From the human T2T-CHM13v2.0 reference genome, Homo sapiens, in assembly GCF_009914755.1 (NCBI RefSeq), contig NC_060935.1: a DNA stretch of 64,000 bases; one strand, written 5' to 3'. A program made the translations under genes and the position numbers. This document shows positions 30,851 to 43,619 of this stretch, one piece after another. The notes beneath the pieces were generated by a model. That model ran no database searches and was not told the DNA's origin. It saw only the letters and a list, made by a program, of their open reading frames with translations. The number at the start of each line of letters is the position of its first letter. Within the stretch, counting starts at the first letter, position 1.

Positions 30851-32921
30851 GATGGCGGTAGGGAGCTAGCGGCAGCTGGCTGGGGAGGGGTGTCTGTACA
30901 CCACAGAGAGCTTCCCTGGGTGATTCTGGGACCTGGAACAGCCTCCTCCTCCTCCCACTGCCTAGACCTGGAGAAGCCTTTTCTCATCCTTCTCACTCAT
31001 CCCCCTGGGGCGGGGCGAGTGGGCTGAGCTGCCCCATGCTTGCAGAGCCCAGAGCGGGAACCCTTACCACTAGTGCTACAGAGTGAACTTCACCTCCTTT
31101 CCAGGACACACGCGTGAACCACTACCCCAGGTTGTGTTGATGTCTTATTGCTGTTTCTCCAAAACAGCAATAAGGCCATTTTGCTCTTTCATCATTCATG
31201 TTGTCACTGGACTAGCACTTTTAATTTCCTTCCAATTTTTTTCCTTGCTCTAAAATCTGTCTTTGTATTTGCATCTTGACTCCAGACTCCCCTTTCCAAA
31301 TCTAGATAAGCACAGTGACCATTCAGCATAACCAAGATCCCTTTCTCACTGTTGCCTGTCTCCTGACTTACCTGCTACCCTCATTCCCTACTCTTTTCCC
31401 CTCCAAAAAAAAAAAAAAAAACAAGCAAAACAAACAAACGAAAAATATCTTACTTGAGGAATTAGGTAGGCAAGGAATGATGGATCACATTGGAGTTTGG
31501 GCTTAAAAACACACAAGGAAAGAAAACATTTAAAACACACTTGTTTTCTCTACACTGGATAAGAATATTGCTGTACAGTATAAATTTTAATGTCATGTGT
31601 CTGTGTGAATGTAGCGTGCATTTGAGTAGCATTGTGTGTGAGTGGCTCCACAAGTACCTTCAAGTGCAGCCCCTCAGTTTAAAGAAGAAAGTGGGGGAAA
31701 AAAACTCCACAAAGCTTTAAGTTCCTTGAGTGCTTCCTTTTCCTAATGAGCATGGTTCTGACAACTGGAGATGAGCCTACTTTGGAAACAGCCCCTCTTG
31801 CCCTGTGTTTATTCTTAGGGAACCCCTTTATTCACTCCATTCCCAATGGTCTCACTCCCAACTGATGATAAGTTAGCTAGAAATTTAACACTTTTCTGTA
31901 ACTTTAAATTTAGATAATGCTTTGTTATAAATTTTTACACCTTTCTTCTGTTAAAGATGAAGAATTGGGCTTTTTTTAAAAAAAAAAATTGGATCAAATA
32001 AGCCCTTCCCTTTCCACTTGTCTCTGGGCAATGTGAGCTGATGGTTCTTAAGATGTTGAGTTTTATTTACTATCCACTACTCTTTAGCCAAGAATTCTCT
32101 AGTGATCTGAAGCAATGTGGCTGAAGACCAGCTTTTAAATTTTGTGTTGACAAGTTGCCTTATATTTAAAAAGGAAAAAAAGTTACCTGATTTATATTAT
32201 GCCAGATTACAGCAACATGAAGTCCTAATTTATTGTTCTTGGTTGTTTTCCTGCCTAATGTGAACTTCCGTGTCCCTGATTCCTCAGGAATACCTACAGC
32301 TTCTGGTGCAATGTCGTTTCCCAAAGTGTTGGCCACCATTTCACCCAAGGTCCTCTTCCAATTCTTGCTTTTCTGAGTCAGATTTAGAGAGCACCACTGT
32401 CTCCCCTTATCCCTCATTTGATCTCCAAACCAGATATTCTTGCTATACTTTCCTTCTCAGTACCTCTCCCTGAATGGTGAGCTGCCATTTTAGGAAATTG
32501 GACCAGATACCAATTTGGGAGCTTTAAGTCAAAAACCTCTAACCCATTTCTTCCTGTGTAGGGGTGGAAGTCTCTGAAGCTCTCACTCACACCTGTAGTC
32601 TGTGGAGAAAATGTACTGCAATCCCCCTGGCCCCCAACTGCCACTGCCTTTGGTGTGAGATGTTCCCTATTTCCTAGTTCAACTTGAGTCCCTCTCTCCT
32701 CTGCTAGCCTACCCCCATCCCTCAATAAGGATCCTAGCTACAGCCTCCTATTCACACTCCCTGCCTCCATTCCACACTACCCTAGGGAATACCTGGATTC
32801 CCCACTCTGTCCACATATTGTAGCAATCATTCTCTCTCTCTCTCTCATCCTCTCACCTGTGTGGTTTATGGGTGTGATAGAGTTTTTAAGATTATTATAA
32901 ACTAGCAAAAAGAAAAAAAAA
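30851..32921 (+). pseudogene. Processed retrocopy of an unidentified mRNA
   Basis: Interrupts the L1M; GC-rich start (aagatggcgg); 3'UTR-like body; tataaa followed by an A tail; degenerate TSD gagaaatgtttattcaag / gagaaagatctattcagg. Confidence 0.7.
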
Positions 32922-35900
32922 CTCAGAGAGAGAGAGAGAGAAAGATCTATTCAGGGTCTTTGCCCATTTTTAATTTGGATTATTTGTTTTCTTGCTATTA
33001 TGTTTCTTATTATTTTAAATATTAACCCCTTTTCAGATGTATGGTTTGCAAAGATTTTCTTCCATTCCATAGGTTGCCTCTTCTTCCTGTCGATTGTTTC
33101 CTTTGCTGTATAGAAACTATTCTAGTTTGATGTAATCCCATTTGTCTATTTTGGCCTTCATTATCTGTGCTTTAGGAATTCCATCCAAAAATCATTGCCC
33201 CAACTAATATCAGGAAGCTTTTCTCCTGTGTTTTTTTCTAGTGGTTTTGCAGTCTCAGGTCCTACCTTTAAGTCCTTAAACCATTTTTGGTTGATTTTTA
33301 TACATGTTGTGAGATAAGGTCTAATTTCAATTTTCCAAATGTGGATATGGAGTTTTTTCAACAGCATTTATTAAAGAGACTGTTCACTCCTCATTCATGT
33401 GTTCTTGGCAACTTTGTCAAAAATCAATCACCTTAAATGCATGGATTTATTTCTGGATGTTCTATTCTGTTCCATTACTTCATGTTTCTGTTTTTATGCT
33501 AGTACCATCCTGTTTTCATTACTATTGCTTCATAGTACATTTTGAAGTTAGGTAGTGTGATATCTGCAGCTTTGTTCTTGTTGCTTATGATTGATTTTGT
33601 TCTTAGGGATCTTTTGTGATTACACATACATTTTTTGGTGTTTTATATTCCTTTGAAGAATGTCATTGGTATTTAGATAGGAATTGCATTGAATCTGTAA
33701 ATCACTTGGGCCATTATTGTCATTTTGACAGTATTATTTCTCCCAATCTGTAAATAAGGAATATTTTTCTATTTATTTGTGTTTTCTTCACTTCCTTCAT
33801 TTATGTTTAATAATTTCCACTATATAAGTCTTTTACCACCTTAAGTTTACTCCTAAGTATTTATATTTTGTATCTATGCAAACAGGATGATTTTCTTTGT
33901 CAGATCTTTCACTGTTAGTGTATAGAATCACCACTGATTTATGTATGTTCATTTTGTATCTTGCCACATTACTGAATTGCTTACTAGTTTTAACCTAGTT
34001 TGCTGCAGTCTTTAGGATGTTTTATATGTAGGACCATGCTATATGCAAACAGGAATATATTTAGCTACTTCCTTTCCAATTTGGATGCTTTTTATTTTTT
34101 TCTCTTGCCTAATTGCTCTGAGTAGAACTTCCATTAATGCATTGAATAGAAGTCGTGAGGGTGAGCATCCTTGCCTTGTCCTTAATCTTAGAAAAATGTT
34201 TTTCACTTTTCACCATTAAGTGTAATGTTAGCTGTGGGTTTATCATATATTGTCTTTATTGTATGAGCTATATTTCTTCTATACCTCATTTGTTGAGAGT
34301 TCATAATCAGGAAATCACGGTGAACTTTATCAAATGCTTTTTCTGCATCTATCAAGTGATCATTGGATTTTGTTTTTTATTCTGTTAATGTGGGATTTCA
34401 CATTTATAGAACTGTACGTTGAACTATCTTTGCATCCCTATGTTAAAGCCCACTGTTTCATGATTAATGACCTTTTTGACATGCTGTTGAGATTAGTTTG
34501 CTAGTATTAATATTTTATTGATGCACCTATGTTCATCAGTGCTATTGCCTATTATTTTCATTTGTTGAAGTGTCCCTATCTTTGTTATCAGGGTTAACAA
34601 CAACTTTGTAAAATAACTTTGGAAGTATTCCCTCTTGTTCAATTTTTTGGAAGGGTTTTAGAAAGATTGACATTAGTTCTTCTTTAAATGTTTGGTGGAA
34701 TTCAGCAGTGAAGCCATAAGGTCCTGGGCTTCTCTTTGATGGAATATTTTTTTTACTAATTTAACGTCCTTACTCATTATTGGTTTGTTTAGATTTTCAA
34801 TTTCTTCATCTTGGTGGGTTTTATGCATCTAGGAATTTACTCATTTATTCTAGATTATTCCAATTTGTTGGCATATAATTGGTCATAATAGTCTCTTCTG
34901 ATCCTTTGTGATATAAGTTGTAATGTCTCCTTTTTATGTATGATTTTATTTTTATCTTTTTTTCTTTTTTTCCCCTCGTCTGGATAAAGGTTTGTCAATC
35001 TTCTTTATCTTTTCAAAAGATCAAATTTCAGGGTTTTTCTTTAATGTTTTTATAGTTTGTATTTAATTTAACTGCTCTGATCTTTATTTTTTCCTTCATT
35101 CTATTAACTATGGGCTTAGTTTGTTCTTTTTATAGTTCCGTGAAGTGTAACATTTGGTTGTTTAAGATCCTTCTTTTTTTTCAATGTAAATGTTTTGAAG
35201 CATCTTACAAGTTTTGGTATGTTGAGTTTCCATTTTTGCTGGTCTCAGCATAAATTTTAATTTCCATTTTAATTTCCTCTTTAATCCATCTGTTGTTCAG
35301 AAGCATGCTGTTTAATTTTCATGTATTTGTGAATTTTCTAAAATGTATCCTGTTATTAATTTCTATTTTCATGCCATTGTTATCTGGAATGATAAATAAT
35401 ATGATTTCAGTCTTCTTAAATTTATTATGACATGCTTTGTGTCCTAACATTTGTTCTCTAGCATTTCCTGTAAGACAGCTCTGATGGTGATAAACTCCCT
35501 CAATTTTTGTTTGCCTGGCAAAGTTTTTAATCTCTCCATTATTTGCAAAAACAAACAAACAAACAGATTTTGTTGGGAACAGTATTTTTGGTTGACACTG
35601 TTTTTGTATAGAACATTGAATATATCATTCCATGCTCTCAGCCGATAAGTTTCTGCTCATAAATCTGCTGTTAGCCTTATTGGAACTCCCTTATATGTTA
35701 TTTGCTTCTTTTCTCCTTTTGTTTTCAGAATCTTCCTTTCCTTTGATTTTTGATAGTTTAATTAAAATATATCTTGTATTCTTGAAGGGATTGAATCTTA
35801 TCAAACACTTTTAATGTTCCTATACCTGTATATTTCTCTTTCCCCAGACTTGGAAAGTATTCTGCTATTATTTCATCAGATAAGATTTCTCTTCTTATCT

Positions 35901-36499
35901 GTTTCTCTTCTCTTTCTGGGACACACATGATATGTACATTGGATCTCTTACTGATATTCCATAATTACCATAGGATTTCTTCACTTTTTCTCATTTTTTT
36001 CCTTTTGTGTCTCTGACTCAGTAATTTCAAATGATCTGTCTTTGAGCTCATTGATTCTTTATTCTACTCGATCAAATCTGCTTTCAAAGAACTCTATGAA
36101 ATTTTCAGTTCAACCATTGTGTCCTTTATGTCCAGCATTTCTTTTTTATGATTTCTCTTTGTTGAACTTTCTATTTTGTTCATGTATTATTTCTCTGATT
36201 CTTTTTAGTCATCTATCTGTGTTCTCTTGAAGCTCACTGTGTATTTTAAAGACAATTATTTTAGATTCATTGTCAGAAAGTTCATAAGCCTTTATTTCTT
36301 TAGGGTCAGCTATTGGTTATTCTTTTTTTTTCTATGGTGGCATCATTTTTCTCTGATAGTTCTTGATATTTAGGCTGTGCATTGGTGTCTGCACATTTGA
36401 AAAACAGGAAAGTTATTCTAGTCTTTGTATACTGGCTTTATCTGGAAACACCCTTTCCCAGTCATCCAGCAATTCTTGGTAGGGTGTCTGTTGTGGTCT

Positions 36500-38000
36500 G
36501 CAGGTGAACTTGTTGCTGAAGTCTTCAGGCAGGCTAGCCTGGTACCTGTGTCAGCTGGTGGTAGGCTTGGTTCCTGGGTCTGTAGAGTGGGGCCTAAATC
36601 CTGGATCCACTGGGTGGATATTTTCATTGCATATGTGGGGATGAACATAAAACCAATGTCTATAAAGGCAGGCATGCAGCCTGTACCAATAGGGGCTGGA
36701 CTGAAGCATGGGTCCACAGGGGCTGACACAGCTCTGATGTGGGCATTGATCCTGTGTCTGCAGGTGCTAGCTAGGTTCTGGAATGGGTCTAATGTCTGGG
36801 TCTACTGGGATGAGCCTGGAATCTGAGTCCATGGGGACTGGCCTGGAACTGGTGCAGGATTAGAGCCTGCAACTGGAGAAATGGACCTAGGATATTGGTA
36901 GATGGGGGCTGACCTTGAGCCTGAGTCTTCAGAGATGGTCCTAGAGCCTTCATCCATGATGGCCAGCCTAGCATCAGGATCTACTGAACTCAGCCTGTAT
37001 GCTGGGTTTGCTAGAGCACAGCTGCACCCTGAGTTTATTGGATCCTAGGTCACAAAAACCAGCCTGAAGCCTGAAGCTGGCCTAGGGCTGGGATGGGGTG
37101 GGGCCAGTCTAGGGCCTGAGACCATAGGTGGTAGACTGGTGCCTGTAGCCACAGAGGCTGGCCTAGAAGCTGGGGAATGGCCTGGAGGTTGGGTGTATGA
37201 GTTCTGGCCTAGAACCTAGGTCTTCAGGGCTGGCATGGAGACTAGGTCCACAAAGGCTTGCCTGGGTCCTAGGACTGTAGGAACTGCTCTGGAACCGAGG
37301 TCTACAGAAACTGTCCTAGATACTGGGTCTGTGGGCACTAGCCCAATACTGGAGTCAACTGTGATGAGCCTGAACCCTGGGTCTGCTGGAGGATGGGAAC
37401 ATAGGAACTGGCCCTGGAGAGTAGGGTGGCAGAAACTGGCCTAGCCCTAGGCAGGCCTGGAGCCTGGGTCTGCAGATGCTTGCCAGATACCTAGCTAAGG
37501 GATAAGGCTAGGGCTGCCAACCTGGAACTGGGGTTGGCCTGAATCCTGGATTTTTGTGAGCCAACCTAGTTTTGGGCTAGTCTGGCACCTAGGGTGGACT
37601 TGGAGTCTGTGACCACAGGGGCTAGCCTGGAGCTAGGCAGTCCTAGAGTCTGTATCCACAGGGGTCAGCCTGGAGGTTGGATCTATGGACACTGGCCTGG
37701 TGACTAAAGTTGCAGGGGCCAGCCTTGTTCTGGGGCTTGTCTGAAACCTTGAGTTGTGGAGGCCATCATGATTCTGGGAGCAGTCTGGAGCATGAAGCCA
37801 CTAGGGCTGGCCTGGTCCCAGGGACCATCTGACACCTATGGCACTGGGGTAGATCTGGCATTAAGATGTACCCAGAAACCAAGTCCACCAGGCAAGCCTG
37901 GAGCCTGTCCTGTGAGATCTGGTTTGGCTCAGTCTGCAGGTACCAGCCTGGAGTGTGGGGCCATAGGGGCATACCTATTACTGTATTTCACTGAAGCAGG
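36500..38000. repeat. Degenerate tandem repeats (gggtccacaggggctggcctggagcct-like) of an old L1 5'UTR
   Basis: Recurrent ggcctggagcctggg / ccacagggg motifs. Confidence 0.6.
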
Positions 38001-38479
38001 CTCTGTGTTTTTGGTCCAAACCAAAGTTCAGTGCCCACTTCCCTTTTCTTCTTCAACACAAAGGTTGCCTGTCTGTGTGCTCTGCTGCTCTGGTACCTGG
38101 TTCCATGCCTGTGGGTGGGGTGACACAGGTAATGTAAACTTGTTCTTCCTATGCTCTTCAATTCATCTTTTCTTATTTCTCTGCTACACAAAGATTCTGT
38201 TATCTTTCACCTGGTATCCTTAGTTCTTGTTAAGGTATTCTTGTGCACAGATAGTTGTTTAAATTGATGTTTTTCTGAGGATAAGTGTTAGAAAGTCCCA
38301 TTCTGACATTTTGCTGATGTCTAGTTGCACAGCATCCAGTCAGATTTCTAAATAATGATTTTCAAAGTGCCTCAGCAGCATCAGAGTCAGTACTCCTGCT
38401 AATTTGGAAAGAAAGATGGCAGATCTTATGTTAAGTGATCTTATCAAACACACACATATATACACACAATAATAACAAT

Positions 38480-38650
38480 AAATAGAGCAGACAAAACTTT
38501 TGGAGGTGATGAATATGTTTATGGCATAGGTTGTGTTGATGGTTTCATGAGTATGTATTCATCTCTATCTTCATCAAGGTTTATACATGAAACACATACA
38601 GCTTTTTTTATGTCAGTCATACCACAATAAAGTAGTTCTGCAAAAAAAAA
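38480..38650 (+). mobile_element. L1MC/MB 3' fragment
   Basis: aacttttggaggtgatgaatatgttt...caataaagt plus A run. Confidence 0.6.
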
Positions 38651-41600
38651 AGGAAAGTTAAACGCAATAGAGGAAAACTACTGTTGGCCTCTTTCTTCAT
38701 GAAGTGTGACTTGTATTTCAGATTTCTGATGGTTACTGAATCTTCCAGATTTTCTGATGATAAGTATAATAAGAGAAATAATATGTTGGGCTAGAAAAGA
38801 CAAAAATACATATTTGAGGATGAATCAATCAAATTTTTCCTTAACAAAATAGGACTTGTTGTTCAAGATATTCAAGCCAGTACCAGGCTAGAAGGAGAGA
38901 AAAGTTTCCAGATCAAATATTTGTGTAAACTAATTCAACTAAAGCCTCAAGAGGAAGAGACTCATGGTGAGATATTTGGAGCCACAAAATGCAGTATTTA
39001 TCACAAAATGGAAACCAGCATTTTCCAAAACAAAGAACAACGGCTTGGGATTCAGAACGTCTGGGTTCTTGTCTCAGTTTTGCATATGCAATCATGTGTC
39101 CAGTTTCCAGGACTTAGTTTCTTGAGACTAGACAATCTCTAATAAACCTCCTATCTGATTTTCCTCTCTTTCAGAAAGTTAGGCAGGTGCTCAGATGCAC
39201 TTTTTGGTCACAAAGGATGAAGAAAGAAGGCTTCAGGTGTCTTTCTTAACCACTGTTTTAGGACATGACTTTAGAGAATGCATTAGCAGGGACTAAGCAA
39301 ATAATGAAAGCTAAATTTGGGGTAGAAAAATGGTGAACAAAAGATGAAAGAAAGACAAAGAAAATATTTAGGAGCAATAAAAGGAGTCCCCTATTACTTT
39401 GTAGTATAGCCAAAGTTTCTGATTTTCTCTTCTTTAGACTCTAAGAGCACTAGAACACATCAGAGAGCTTCAGAGCTTTAAAATGTTCTCGGATGCCCCC
39501 AGCCAAGAAAGCATGTCCTGTGGATCCCACACTTTCCCAAATCCCTGATCTAGCTAAAACCATATACCACTTCCTGATTTCTCTGGAGGCATTGAAACCT
39601 CATCACCAACCCAGAACAGTTTGGCATTACTTGTCCTCTCCATGAAGTACCTAAACATCCCCTTTCTTCCTCTGTAAAAGCTTCAAGATTCCACTTTGGT
39701 GTCAAGTTTTTCAACAGAGTCAGATTGTTATTTATCTCAAACTCCAGAAACTCTCATTCTTTTCTGGGATCCATTTAATTGGTGCTATCTTTTTGACCCA
39801 AAAGTACCTGTGTTTACTTGGCTCCTCTATGCCTTCCCACCAGCCACCAGTCAGTTAAAACAGCTTTCTTTTGCTACAGAAAGATGCAACCACATCTAAA
39901 GCCACCATCATTTCAAGGTCTTCTGACTGGATGAACAACCCCTCCCTGAGTGTCCAGGTGTGAAGAATCTGCTCAATCACCAAAGCTCCTGAATTAAGAG
40001 TTAGGAAGCTCCTTTGGGCCTTCAGGAGGAACTTCATTAGGAATTCTGAGATACAGCAAGTATTTCAGGGGAATCCTAGGTCCCAGTGTCCACCTGTCAT
40101 CTTAGAAGCCAGTAAAGAAATCTTTTTCCCTAGAAGGACTACTGGTGAAAAAACATTTCTCCAAGATTTGAGAGTCTGAGAGTCTCTTGGTCAGTTCCCT
40201 GTTGAACAGAGATCGATCAGGAATGTACTACTACACAGAAGAGGTGCACAGGCATCTAGTCACTGCCTCAAGGTAACTTTAAAAGAATTTATTATAAGTT
40301 AGATTGGGATAGGGTGATTCTTTGACCTTTAGGTGTCTCCAAAGTCCTCCAAAAGATCTTGCAAAGGCAAGTGTCCTCAGAATCCTAGGAAGTTTTCAGA
40401 TGTTATGGATAGGTGCCAATGGCTATCAGATGTCTTCCTAAGATGGCTGCTGCATTCCAGCTTCACATTGCTAAAGGATAATGAAGGATATTGATATGAA
40501 AGAAGCAGCCCAGAGGCCCTTGACACATTGTGAGAGTATGCAGAGGGTGGGGCTCCACCAGCCTCCCACAGACACTCAGCCATGCGGTTCCCATTCCCTG
40601 CCATGAGCAAGAGTTTTAGGGCCTCATAGGGATTCAAAGATGGCCAGCTCATTGCCACTCTTTGTAGTATGAAGTATGCCAACACATAAAGATAGGCCAA
40701 CACATAGATAATATAATAGATTTAAAATGTGTATATTTTATAAATGTATGCTTACAACAACAAAAATACCATGCAATACAATTGTTTTACTCACAAGATC
40801 AGTACAGGAATTATAAAGCATTAATTCAGGGTGGACTCTTGGCAGCGTGTAATTTATGGTGAATATGTTCTCTCCATTCTGTCTGAGTTTCTGTACCATT
40901 GGGTGATAACATTAGAATCTCAAATTTGGGACACTTTGTGAAAGTGGGTCAATGCCCAAATGGCTCTCATAGGTGTTTACTCCACCATGACCCCATGATG
41001 GACCTGTAGAGTCCCAAAAGATGGAAGAACATTCAAGACTAGCCAGCTGGAGAGACCTAGAATCAGAGGTCCCTCACACAGCCTGAAAAGCCTAAAGCTG
41101 ATTAGCATAATCTCAACACCTGTGAAACCAGAATTCATTGCTTCCATTCAGAGATCCCATGTTCATGCCAGAATCTAAGCTGCCATGAGTGTTTTGGGAA
41201 GTCACTTATGACTAATACTGAGTATGATGGGACTGATATCAAAACTGAGCTAGGCAGAGATAGCCTCAAGGCCGTGACACATAAGGCTAAACCTTTCGGT
41301 TTTGAACCACAGACTAGATATATCAGAGAAGTGGACTTGGAGAATCCCCTGCTGGAGTCCTGCAGAGTAACCACTCTGTCAGATGGCATGTGTTTCTGGG
41401 AGGAAGGCATAGGGGCCTAGTTCCAGCCTTACCCCACTGCATCCCATAAGCACGGGCTGAGTTTTAGAGACACTCCAGAGCTGGTCCGAAAGCCTGATGC
41501 AAAGGAGTCTCCTCGGGAACTGAAGTGGTCTAAGAAACTGGCAAGCTCAGCAGCCCTACAGATGGGAGAGGAGCCTACAGATGGGAGAGGAAGCCATTCT

Positions 41601-41681
41601 CCTGGCCAAAGTCCTGATACAGAGTTTGCCAGAAGCATAGGCAGACTTGAGGCAGATTGCAGCTAGCACTGGCACTGGAAT

Positions 41682-43385
41682 TGAAACCTCCCCTGTAGTC
41701 CCATAGATAGATTTTTGTATAAACATAGAAGTTGACCCTCTGGTCTTAGAGCTTGATACTTTCATTTGTTTTATATGAATTTCTTCCTTAGTAAAGGAGC
41801 CATAGGTACCTCAAAAAGCATCAAAGAATCGAAACTCACCAGATGATCCCATCCAGACAATGGGACACCAGGCATCTCATAAATCATGATTGCTTCCTTA
41901 GGTCTCCTGAGTTCCTGTTTTTCTACACATTGTTACATTTCTTCCCTGCTATGTAAACTCATAATTCTAGTTGGTCAGGGAGATGGATTTGAGACCGAAC
42001 TTGCATCTCCTATGCTACAGCATCCAATTCAGCTGTCTTTCTTGGCAATAATTGGTGATATTGATTGGTTTTCTGTGCAGTGAAGAGCAGGACCTAGACC
42101 ACACCCCTGGTATTTCAGTAACAGATTTTGGTTCTCTGACCAGGAACACTTTGGCTTGGCGGCCATGGCCCAGGAGTCTCAAAGCCCTCCTAAGCAGCTG
42201 CTTACCCAATTTTGGCTGGAGATGAGTTCCCTCTCTTTGGGGCCAGCCGCAGCTGGCCTTAACCATGTTCCTGATTACCTTGGAAGAACTGCTTTTGAAA
42301 TTTGACATCTGCATCCAGATAGGTGACTGTCATTTGTGGGCCCAGACAGAAGGCTCTGCTCCTCTAAATTTGGGAAATTTTTAAAGGATTTTCCACTTGT
42401 GGGTTAAACAAGCCCAACTGATGAAGAGAGGGAAGTACCCTGATTGTTTCAGTATGGACACTCTTGGGGAGTTGTTCGTCATTTTGTGTGTGTCCAGGCA
42501 AGTGAGTGTCTTTTGTGGGTACCAGATGGTGGGATCAGCTCCTCTCCATTTGAGAAATTCTGTAGGAATTTTTATTTGCAGTTTAATTGAGCCCAACCAA
42601 TGGAGAGGAAGCACCCCAACTCATTGAGTTTGTACACTTTTGGGGCTTGACTGATGCTGCAGAAGTTGGATTGTGTTCTAGTGACTGTTAGCATGTGTCT
42701 GATATAGTCACGGGAAATTAGAATTTGATAAACCGATATTCTTTTATAACACTGTTTGGCTCCAGTATAGTTTGGAACCTGGAGTTTGCTGTTGAGTGGG
42801 AAAGTGGGTTTTTGTGCTGCTGTTCTAAGCAGGGTCGGGCCAGGTTACTATGTGATGTTCTCACATGGTGCTGTTTGACAACAGTGTTCTTTGGAGTCTG
42901 GGGAGGTTTGGCCTTTAAAAATCAAACTGCCATGGAAACTGCTTTACCCAAAATTTTGGTTCACAGCCTTCACTGGTTTACCTATCAAGGCTAACAAAGT
43001 TCAGCCATGTGAACATGTTTTCAGACTGGTGAGACTGTATTACTATCTCGTGGCTAGAGTTCCAAGTTAAAAGCTATTGGATCTTTGTGTGTATATGCAT
43101 CTAGATGTGTTTATGTGTATGCACATGTGTTACCTTATATGTTGTGACTACCAAATTGGCTTAAAAATAAAAGAGCACTCAGAGATTAAGTAAATAAGTA
43201 CAAAGTATTTTTCATGTTCATGTTACTTAAGTAAATCTTTAGCAAGATAGCATTAAAATTATTGTAAAATAAAAATAGAAATGTCTTCAGAATTGTCAGC
43301 ATACATTTTTGTCTGGGTTTTATATTTGTCTCTGCTAGATATTTTAAGGTACCAGAGTTTAGCACAGAAGGTTATAAAACTATAG
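41682..43385 (+). mobile_element. ERV1 MER4-group 5' LTR (MER66-like, 41682-42123) with tRNA-Glu PBS and truncated internal region
   Basis: TG...CA LTR; tggttctctgaccaggaa at 42129-42146 versus PBS-Glu TGGTTCCCTGACCGGGAA. Confidence 0.75.
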
Positions 43386-43612
43386 CCAGGAGTTTGAGAC
43401 CAGCCTGAAAAACAAAGACCCCCGCCTGCATCTCTATAAAATGAAAATAAAACAATTAGCTGGGCATAGTGATTCATGCCTGTAGTCCCAGCTAATCCGG
43501 AGACTGAGGTGGGAAGATTGCTTGAGCCTGAAAGGTCAAGGCTGCAGTGAGTTATGATCCAGCCACTGCACTCTAGCCTGGGTGACAGAGGGAGACCCTG
43601 TAAAAAAAAAAA
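43385..43612 (+). mobile_element. 5'-truncated AluJ
   Basis: ccaggagtttgagaccagcctg...ggtgacagag plus A tail. Confidence 0.85.
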
Positions 43613-43619
43613 TTACAGG

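Noticed and set aside
32832-32940. (TC)n and (GA)n tracts flanking the retrocopy poly(A) as a hairpin
   Set aside because: Short microsatellites, plausibly independent slippage products.
36418-38223. Several 60-155 aa ORFs, and repeats resembling an array
   Set aside because: Degenerate L1 5'UTR tandem repeats; no regular repeat-spacer structure, and this is mammalian DNA.
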